Of a DNA stretch of 13,581 nucleotides, positions 8,501-13,581 are shown in pieces (within the stretch, counting starts at the first letter, position 1; the number at the start of each line of letters is the position of its first letter). Position numbers and translations under genes: made by a program. Source of the DNA: Candidatus Thorarchaeota archaeon (GTDB lineage: Archaea > Asgardarchaeota > Thorarchaeia > Thorarchaeales > Thorarchaeaceae). The stretch is taken from contig PRDI01000105.1 of the NCBI GenBank assembly GCA_003345595.1, positions 1 through 13,581 on the forward strand. The letters run 5' to 3'. The notes below the pieces were generated by a model. It searched no databases, had not been told where the DNA came from, and saw nothing but the letters and a program-made list of their open reading frames with translations.

Positions 8501-9153
8501 CGGAGGGCGTCTTTCCTCTCCGCTTCCAGACGCTCCAGCTGATGACGACGTTCTTGAAGCTGTGTTTCGACCTTGCCTAGGTTGGTTTCACTCTCTGCAA
8601 GCTTCTTGAGTGCTTTCTCTTTCTGCTCGTCATAGGCTGATATGCCTGCAATCTCCTCAATGAGCTTCCGTCGTTCAATTGGGCTGACTTTGACCATCTG
8701 GGCAATCTCGCCTTGGAGTACAAGATTGTAGCCGTTTGGGTCGACACCTATGCCGCCGAGGATGTCTATGACCGCCGCACGGGTGACCATCTTGCCGTTT
8801 ATCCTGCAAACCGACTTACCAGATTCGTCCAGCTCTCTCTCAACAACGACTCTATCGGCGTCAATCTGCAGTTTTCTGTCCCTGTTATTGAAGCAGAGCT
8901 CCACAATAGCTGACTTGGCCTTTGGAGGCATGTCTGGTTTAGGTGGAGTATAGAGCAGCTCCGAGAAGACATTAGCACGCAACGTCTTGGCACTCAGCTG
9001 CCCGAGCACGAAAAGAATCGCATCAATCACGTTGGACTTGCCTGACCCGTTCGGCCCGACGATGCATGTGAAGCCAGGGCTCAGGTTAATCGTGACGGTG
9101 TCCCGGCCAAATGACTTGAAGCCTTTGCATACTAGCTTCTCGATGTGAACCAA
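5563..9153 (-). CDS. smc: Chromosome segregation protein SMC
   Basis: GFKSFG, Walker A GPNGSGKSN, Q-loop VLQG, long coiled coils, hinge (GVYGTVAEL...GRASFIPL...LEGDLVERSGLITGG), signature MSGGEK and Walker B/D-loop YVFDEIDAALD. 1196 aa, TTG start. Confidence 0.99.
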   Translation of the reverse strand: MVHIEKLVCKGFKSFGRDTVTINLSPGFTCIVGPNGSGKSNVIDAILFVLGQLSAKTLRANVFSELLYTPPKPDMPPKAKSAIVELCFNNRDRKLQIDADRVVVERELDESGKSVCRINGKMVTRAAVIDILGGIGVDPNGYNLVLQGEIAQMVKVSPIERRKLIEEIAGISAYDEQKEKALKKLAESETNLGKVETQLQERRHQLERLEAERKDALRYTGLRDQIQQIRIESLTWTVIKSKNRTTTIDETLAERAADAERFAKQLTKVEADMAKTESEIGEIEQEIDLITGGDASRVSEQYGTMTAEVEHFRSKLDRAKSDYDRTRQERDALEKQLSSTKDQMTAAEHGTKEKQLELESLDKEILECSTDIARLEGLLEKEQSAYYEATLRLQDLNTQMAHLDEGVTEIRSTIRSDSKELGLTYEELRDAEDSTKKTDEELLELRFIVPAKTTALQKLHESEVGRRQELEDTERQLATVDAQVSESSKLVASTKEELIKLQARQDALREAEETFLKRRRALARVLELRDKGEIDGVYGTVAELGVINPDYATAMQVAAGNRLSHIVVENEDVATRCIEVLKKERVGRASFIPLNRIKTRRPSRKPQREGVIGYALDLVTFNPKMRPAFEFVFSDTLVTKDFDTAKAVGFDNCRAVSLEGDLVERSGLITGGHFHRDSTGLSLQEEDTSPDLISRLKGLEDILSELKEQQEELLSRKRALDREIEDISKRNYRDGLELKGLEEKLRDREQKAEKLKEKTDKARVTIEELEKQISELRTRDEELTAQRERVREQRDQCNEILAKSGTGKLNQDLRDLKEVLEQHKRNHERIRTETSALRVSIQERYLPKSVELELRIASLEAVLPSLEEDATSIEADLRAKESDFLKLKSEREQIDTAVKDKRVRQLKLKETIRNLRLKQEEIKESQTGNEKAVYRLQVERSRLETDLVGLTAQLATMSDVETELEKRAGQRELTAKAIEDLEEKIKEIERELEAMGPVNLKSLTDYDTEKDRYDEIVEKKTQLEKEHKEILSFMEELEKEKTQKFLQVYNDIADNFSKVFAKLSPDGEANLMLENAEHPLMGGITVRSKPAGKELVSLDAMSGGEKTLTGLALIFAIQMHNPASFYVFDEIDAALDDVNAHNVALLISEMSKNSQFIVVSLRDTTVRKADMLIGVSNQDGISRIVSVDLQEVAESA

Positions 9154-9347
9154 GGCACCATCCCTTCCGACTTCCTAGATGGCCATTTCTGGGCAGAGGC
9201 GTGTCTGACTATTATCTGGGTGATACGTGACACTAAATACGGTTGGTATGACGGTGGTAATACCACGAATGATACCCACGTATTCCAATCTTAGCGAATC
9301 CGCTTACATAAAGCTACAAAAAGATAGCTCTGGGACCTACCTTCCCA

Positions 9348-9716
9348 TCAGGCCTTGACCATCGACATGAGCGCCCGTTTGAGTGCGATTCTGAGAAGGC
9401 CCATTGACTCTTTCGCGCCTTCTCCAGCGATTGCAGCAAGGACTAGTTGTACGTCACCCAAGACTATGACATATCCCTTGTCCGATGCGATACTGATTTC
9501 CTTCAGACTGCCTTTGTCAACCGCGCTGACTAGTTGCGACGAGTTGGCAGATATCTTGGCGATCAGCGATGCAACGTCCGTGTGCTTGATGCCTGCCGTA
9601 ACGGTGTGACCGAACAACACCTTGCCCTTGTCATCACAGACCACGATGCCCTGTATGTCAGCATTCGCCGCCATGGTCTGCGCGACGACTGACTCTATCT
9701 TGGCCTTGTCCACCAT
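9348..9716 (-). CDS. Roadblock/LC7 domain protein
   Basis: Helix followed by IQGIVVCDDKGKVL, a helix, then GSLKEISIASDKGYVIV-LVLAAIA and a final helix (MGLLRIALKRA), which fits the Roadblock alpha-beta pattern. Start at ATG 9716 with GGAGG upstream; 122 aa. Confidence 0.85.
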   Translation of the reverse strand: MVDKAKIESVVAQTMAANADIQGIVVCDDKGKVLFGHTVTAGIKHTDVASLIAKISANSSQLVSAVDKGSLKEISIASDKGYVIVLGDVQLVLAAIAGEGAKESMGLLRIALKRALMSMVKA

Positions 9717-9771
9717 CGTGACAGTCCTCCGAAGAGTTTCGCCTAATATCATCAACTAGAGGGCTCTGAGC

Positions 9772-9786
9772 TGTTTATATCTTCTG
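9772..9786 (-). promoter_or_regulatory. Candidate archaeal TATA box for the minus-strand Roadblock gene
   Basis: The minus strand reads CAGAAGATATAAACA, with TATAAA (9779-9774) about 60 nt upstream of ATG 9716 in an otherwise GC-balanced region. Confidence 0.35.
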
Positions 9787-10033
9787 TGCCGACATCTTGA
9801 GATGGCAGAGTTCTCCTCTTACTCCAATTCTCATGATGCTGCGTGACGTTCATTGTGAGTTCGAGTGATCTGGACGCAGGAGTCTCCTAATCCGGGGTCG
9901 GCACTTGGGCCTATGTCCTACACGTCTGTTCGGTTTGTGATTCTTCGATATACAGAAGCGGAAACATCAGCAATTGACTTAAAGCACAATGGGCCGCCCC
10001 TGATTGGCAACAGTCTTCTGAGGAATAGTATCG

Positions 10034-11665
10034 ATGCCCATGCTTAGGACCAGTTCAGAGGCCTTTCCAGCCTCAAGAGACATGATTAGCGAGATCCCGT
10101 ATGTCCTGCGTGTTGAGTTCAGAGACCTAGCACGCGACGTAACAAAAATCACAGGAATACCAATCACATGTCACAAGTGTAACGGTTTTCTGATGAGCGC
10201 AGATCAGATTGTTGAGGACAGGAAGGTCGGGAAGCACTTCGTCTGCCCCTTCTGTGGCACTTTGAACATGATTGCAGGTGAAGTAGTCCTTGCTGGCTCT
10301 GACACGGATTTCATCATCAAGCCAGGTCCAGACAAGACCGAAACCACAACCACTGCAGCCACCACTGCGGGCGGTAGGTCATTTCTGGCCGTGATTGATG
10401 TGTCCGGCTCAATGGCTGGAGCCAATCTGGCAGCAGTGAAGAGGAGCCTGACCACCTCTGTTGAAAGCCTAGCTGCGAACTCTCCCGACACGTTGTTCGG
10501 ATTGATAGAGTTTGAGAGTTCTGTTCTGTTTCGCAATATGGAAACTGGTGAGGCGGTGCAGCTTCCAAGAGAGTCCTTTGCGAGCTTCGAAACCATCACT
10601 GAAGCCGCACGAAGACTCATGGACCGAATCAAGCTCATCAAGGTGGGAGGAAATGCTGGACCTCTGAAGCGTCACATCAATGCCCTGAGAGAGCAGGGCG
10701 GGACAGCTCTTGGTCCTGCGGTAGCCATGGCGTGTGTCATTGCCAAGCACCGAGGTGTAGGCAGGGTGGTCCTTCTCACAGACGGACTTGCGAACGAAGG
10801 CATTGGTGCTCTTGAGGGCTATCAGGTCACTCCTGGAAACAAGTACTATGAAGACCTAGGGCGTTTGTTCAAAGACAATGGCACAGCGATTGATGTAGTT
10901 GGGATCGCCACTGGTGCAGGGATGGAGCTGAAAACATTGGGCCTGATGCCTGAAGCCACAGGTGGCCAGATGTATTATGTCACTCCAAATGAGCTGGACA
11001 AGAGCCTGTCGGAGCTAGCGGGAGCATCGTTGCTTGGCCGCGATGTCCAAGTTCGGCTTCTTACTCCATCAGGCGTGAAAGTCAAGGACGCTTCAGGCGT
11101 ATCAAGAGCCGTTGTAGACGAACTTAGGACTAAGAGCGAAAGCAGGATAGGGGTTGTGGGTGAGAATCACGAGCTCTATTTCGAGGTGGAGCCAGAGAGC
11201 ACGCTCAAGGCTAAGGAAGTCCCAATTCAGGTGCAGGTCGAATACACTGACCAAGACGGATCCAGACGAATGCGCACTTTCACTAAGAAGCTGCAGGTCA
11301 CTTCAGATGAGAAAGAGTTGGTCAAGACAATGGACCCGACAATCGGCGCCACTTTCGTTGTCCAGAAGGCTGGAGAGGAGGCCTTAGGTGGTGGTCGTGC
11401 CGCTGGCATGAGTCGGATTGCCAGTTACAGGGCTGCAATGAAGAAGAAGGCCAAGGCCGCGCCAGCGCCGGTACAGGCGAAGCTGCAGAGAGCCGATGAT
11501 GCGCTTGCCACAGAAGAGGAGAACATGGAACGTCAGGAAGCAGCAGTGGGCAGAGCACGAGCTGGAGCGCCATCAGCTGCAGCAGATCAAGCAGTAACTG
11601 AGAACTTGGCCCAAATGAGGAAAGCATCCAAGGCTCTATTTGGCGATGAAGAGGATGAGAAGTAG
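10034..11665 (+). CDS. Sec23/Sec24-like zinc finger + vWA (trunk) + beta-sandwich protein
   Basis: PITCHKCNGFL...FVCPFCGTLN (C46, C49, C71, C74) fits the Sec23/24 Zn-finger pattern PxxCxxC...CxFCxxxN. The vWA domain has IDVSGSM, GGTALGPA, VVLLTDGLANEG and EATGGQMY. It is followed by beta-rich VQVRLL...IQVQVEYTDQDGSRRMRTFT, which resembles the Sec23/24 beta-sandwich, and an Ala-rich helical tail. Confidence 0.85.
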   Translation: MPMLRTSSEAFPASRDMISEIPYVLRVEFRDLARDVTKITGIPITCHKCNGFLMSADQIVEDRKVGKHFVCPFCGTLNMIAGEVVLAGSDTDFIIKPGPDKTETTTTAATTAGGRSFLAVIDVSGSMAGANLAAVKRSLTTSVESLAANSPDTLFGLIEFESSVLFRNMETGEAVQLPRESFASFETITEAARRLMDRIKLIKVGGNAGPLKRHINALREQGGTALGPAVAMACVIAKHRGVGRVVLLTDGLANEGIGALEGYQVTPGNKYYEDLGRLFKDNGTAIDVVGIATGAGMELKTLGLMPEATGGQMYYVTPNELDKSLSELAGASLLGRDVQVRLLTPSGVKVKDASGVSRAVVDELRTKSESRIGVVGENHELYFEVEPESTLKAKEVPIQVQVEYTDQDGSRRMRTFTKKLQVTSDEKELVKTMDPTIGATFVVQKAGEEALGGGRAAGMSRIASYRAAMKKKAKAAPAPVQAKLQRADDALATEEENMERQEAAVGRARAGAPSAAADQAVTENLAQMRKASKALFGDEEDEK

Positions 11666-11892
11666 GTTCTCGATGAGTCCTCTCCTCCTTGTGGCTGCAT
11701 GGTTCGCCGCGAAACGAGTGTGTCTAGTCACGCATTGCCTGCGGCCCCTGTGCTAGTCAGAACATTGGCGCGGTCGGCATCTCAGAATGCGCAATTGGCC
11801 TGTTGAGAAGACCCTGTTGCCACAAGTCTCAAATACCCAAGCGTGGCGTAGAAATGCTAAATGCACAATTGACAGCAGCGGGGATTCTACAG

Positions 11893-12192
11893 TTGGTTAG
11901 CCAGGACAAACTCCGATCGATTCTCTCCAAAATCAAGGCGCAAGGGGGAGTCCGAGGAGTTGTTGTCACAAACATGGAAGGCTTGCCACTTAGCAGTGAT
12001 CTAGACCCCGAAACGACTGAAGCTGTCGCCGCCATAATAACCTCCCTCGTGGGCAAGGCGCTCGATGCAGTGAGAGAACTCCGAGAGGGGTCTCTGTCAT
12101 TCCTGACTCTCGATACATCTAAGGGTCAGATTAACATAGCACCCGACGTGAAAGAGGGGTTGATATTAGTAGTCCTGAAGAAACCGAGCTGA
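11893..12192 (+). CDS. Roadblock/LC7 protein, dynein light chain roadblock (DYNLRB)-like
   Basis: 99 aa from TTG 11893 (MVSQDKLRSIL), with GGVRGVVVTNMEGLPLSS, KALDAVREL, LSFLTL and IAPD. The ORF-track extension to 11803 is probably not translated. Confidence 0.88.
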   Translation: MVSQDKLRSILSKIKAQGGVRGVVVTNMEGLPLSSDLDPETTEAVAAIITSLVGKALDAVRELREGSLSFLTLDTSKGQINIAPDVKEGLILVVLKKPS

Positions 12193-12207
12193 AAGGAGAA
12201 CGATGAC

Positions 12208-12675
12208 ATGAGCGATCCAAAGGTCTTCGACAAGATCCTCACTGAGATCATCCGCCAAGACAAGGGCATAAAGAAGGTAATCCTTGTGGACAAGACTGGG
12301 CTGACAATTGCAAACGTGAGCAAGCTCAGCTACTTTCCGATTGACACAGATTCAATAGGTGCGATTGCGAGCGCAGTGTTTTGCGCCAGCGAGGAACAGG
12401 GGAAGAACCTACAGATCGGGGAGCTTGAGATTGTCACCTCCGAGTTCTCAGAAGGTAAGATATTCGCCTCTGCATGCGGCAAGGGTGTTCTTTGTGTTGT
12501 TTCCGAGTCTGAGGTGAACATTGGCCTTATCCGGCTCATCATGAAGAAGCAGGGTGTTCAGCTCGCAGAAGAGTTGGAGAAGTTCTTGGCAGTCGAACCC
12601 ACAGCACCATCAAAGGGCAAGGAGCTGGATGAAGAGGATCTGAAGTCTGCTCTGGCAGAGCTCGAAAAGGTGTGA
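12208..12675 (+). CDS. Roadblock/LC7 (MglB-like) protein with acidic C-terminal helix
   Basis: GIKKVILVDKTGLTI, IGAIASAVFCAS, VNIGLIRL, then a linker and ELDEEDLKSALAELEKV. GGAG RBS at 12195-12198. Confidence 0.9.
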   Translation: MSDPKVFDKILTEIIRQDKGIKKVILVDKTGLTIANVSKLSYFPIDTDSIGAIASAVFCASEEQGKNLQIGELEIVTSEFSEGKIFASACGKGVLCVVSESEVNIGLIRLIMKKQGVQLAEELEKFLAVEPTAPSKGKELDEEDLKSALAELEKV

Positions 12676-12732
12676 GCCCTCGCTGGTGGCCGGAACTGAC
12701 CTGTCAAGTCGGCTCGTGTCTACTTGACGGAC

Positions 12733-12746
12733 AAAGGCTTTTATGA
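12733..12746 (+). promoter_or_regulatory. Candidate BRE/TATA promoter upstream of the GTPase gene
   Basis: AAAGGC followed by TTTTATGA in the 247-bp gap between the Roadblock and GTPase genes. Confidence 0.35.
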
Positions 12747-12922
12747 GAGTACAATGTTACCACAGCCAGTTACCCGATTTGGGATGCCCGGCTCGGGAAC
12801 TGATACTTGGCTCTCAGAGCATGAGAATTGCCCCGTGGCACGTACTCTCACACTGGTGGTGTTTCTGCGCCACCATGGCGGGGACGGTCCACAAGAACAG
12901 CATAGCACCGAGGTGTTGAAAC

Positions 12923-13486
12923 GTGCGCAAGGATGACAAGGGCAGAATTCATCTCAAGCTGGTGTTCTATGGTCCGAGCCTAGGCGGCAAGACGACTGCG
13001 CTTCGTTGGCTGTACGGAAAGGTCGAGGGTCTCCAGAAGGGAGAGTTTACGGCAATCGAAGATGAAACAAACCGCACCCTGTTCTTTGACTACGTACCGA
13101 TGAGCGCAGGAGGTCGTGTCCTCTTTGACGTGTTCACTGTTGCAGGACAGAAGCGACACAGACACCAGAGGAAGGTTGTGCTCCAAGGGACTGACGGGAT
13201 ACTGTTCGTTGCGGACTCATCTCCCGACCAGCGAGAGGAGAATGTTGAGAGCTTCGAGGAATTGAAGCTCTTCTTAGGTGATGTACTGGGCCGTGATATT
13301 CCCATTGTAGTCATGCTGAACAAGCGTGACCTGCCCAACAGGATGTCTCGTGATGAGATGCTTGATCTACTGGGACTCGGTGGTAACGTACCGATTTACG
13401 AAACCATCGCCGTCCAGGGCGTAGGAGTTAAAAGAGCCTTCCAGGCCATAGCACGGGAAGTCATCCTTAAGAGAATGTACAAGTGA
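12923..13486 (+). CDS. MglA-family small GTPase (Ras superfamily)
   Basis: G1 YGPSLGGKTT, G2 RTLFFD, MglA-type G3 TVAGQ (no DxxG), DGILFVADS, G4 NKRD and G5 ETIAVQG. GTG start with GAGGTG at 12910-12915. Confidence 0.95.
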   Translation: MRKDDKGRIHLKLVFYGPSLGGKTTALRWLYGKVEGLQKGEFTAIEDETNRTLFFDYVPMSAGGRVLFDVFTVAGQKRHRHQRKVVLQGTDGILFVADSSPDQREENVESFEELKLFLGDVLGRDIPIVVMLNKRDLPNRMSRDEMLDLLGLGGNVPIYETIAVQGVGVKRAFQAIAREVILKRMYK

Positions 13487-13505
13487 ATGCACCTAGGTGA
13501 GTCTG

Positions 13506-13581
13506 ATGAGCGAGTCGCGGGGCGATACACTCGAGGGAGTCCTGAACGAGCTGCAAGGCAGTATTCCCGAGATTGAGGCCT
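13506..13581 (+). CDS. Probable Roadblock/LC7 protein, N-terminus only (3'-truncated by window edge)
   Basis: AGGTGAG RBS at 13495-13501 and ATG 13506, giving MSESRGDTLEGVLNELQGSIPEIEA. This matches the first helix and entry into the first strand of Roadblock domains. Only 25 codons are visible. Confidence 0.65.
   Translation, partial: MSESRGDTLEGVLNELQGSIPEIEA

Noticed and set aside
5731-8993. Many antisense or alternate-frame ORFs inside smc (and similarly inside hypE, the vWA gene and others)
   Set aside because: Ser/Leu/Phe-rich shadows of Glu/Lys-rich coding strands, with no domains or RBS.
9856-9872. GTTCGAGT resembling a tRNA T-loop (also GGTTCG at 11701)
   Set aside because: Flanks do not form a T-stem and no acceptor, D or anticodon arms can be built.
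9865-10167. 60-aa (+) and 62-aa (-) ORFs around the start of the vWA gene
   Set aside because: No RBS or protein-like features, and they overlap the vWA gene start.
10336-10368. ACCAC-rich short repeats
   Set aside because: Simply encode a Thr/Ala linker (TETTTTAATTA). Not a DNA-level repeat element.
11651-11683. GAGGA/TCCTC and GAGAA/TTCTC complementarity around the vWA stop codon
   Set aside because: Short interrupted stems and no T-tract, so insufficient to call a terminator.
12724-12936. 70-aa + strand ORF between the Roadblock and GTPase genes
   Set aside because: TTG start without RBS, no recognisable motif, overlaps the GTPase RBS/start and the candidate promoter. More plausibly non-coding.
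10034-13486. Calling the cluster a bona fide COPII (Sec23-Sar1) system
   Set aside because: The GTPase is MglA-type without an amphipathic N-helix, the vWA protein lacks the gelsolin-like GAP domain, and no Sec13/31-like gene is visible.
1-13581. CRISPR arrays, IS elements, rRNA/tRNA, selenocysteine read-through or inteins
   Set aside because: No regularly spaced repeats, transposase motifs or terminal inverted repeats were seen. Recognised genes are full-length, with no in-frame TGA interruption or insertion.

Overview
Archaeal chromosomal window, most likely from an Asgard archaeon (Thorarchaeia-like). This is inferred from eS8, archaeal GGAGG/GGTGA ribosome-binding motifs, four Roadblock paralogs and a Sec23/24-type zinc-finger+vWA protein, not from a database search. 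The left part holds the 3' end of a C-terminally anchored surface protein followed by a hairpin+T-tract terminator, a membrane-spanning wHTH regulator, a HEAT-repeat protein with a basic tail, and hypA / rps8e / hypE. The middle is a translationally coupled smc-scpA-scpB operon on the minus strand. The right part (9.3-13.6 kb) is the most interesting: a eukaryotic-signature cluster with a divergent Roadblock gene, a Sec23/24-like (CPRas1-like) Zn-finger/vWA protein, a dynein light chain-like (DYNLRB) Roadblock, an MglB-like Roadblock with an acidic C-terminal helix, an MglA-type small GTPase preceded by a structured leader, and a fourth Roadblock-like gene that is truncated at the window edge and missing from the ORF track. 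No tRNA, rRNA, CRISPR array or mobile element was recognised.
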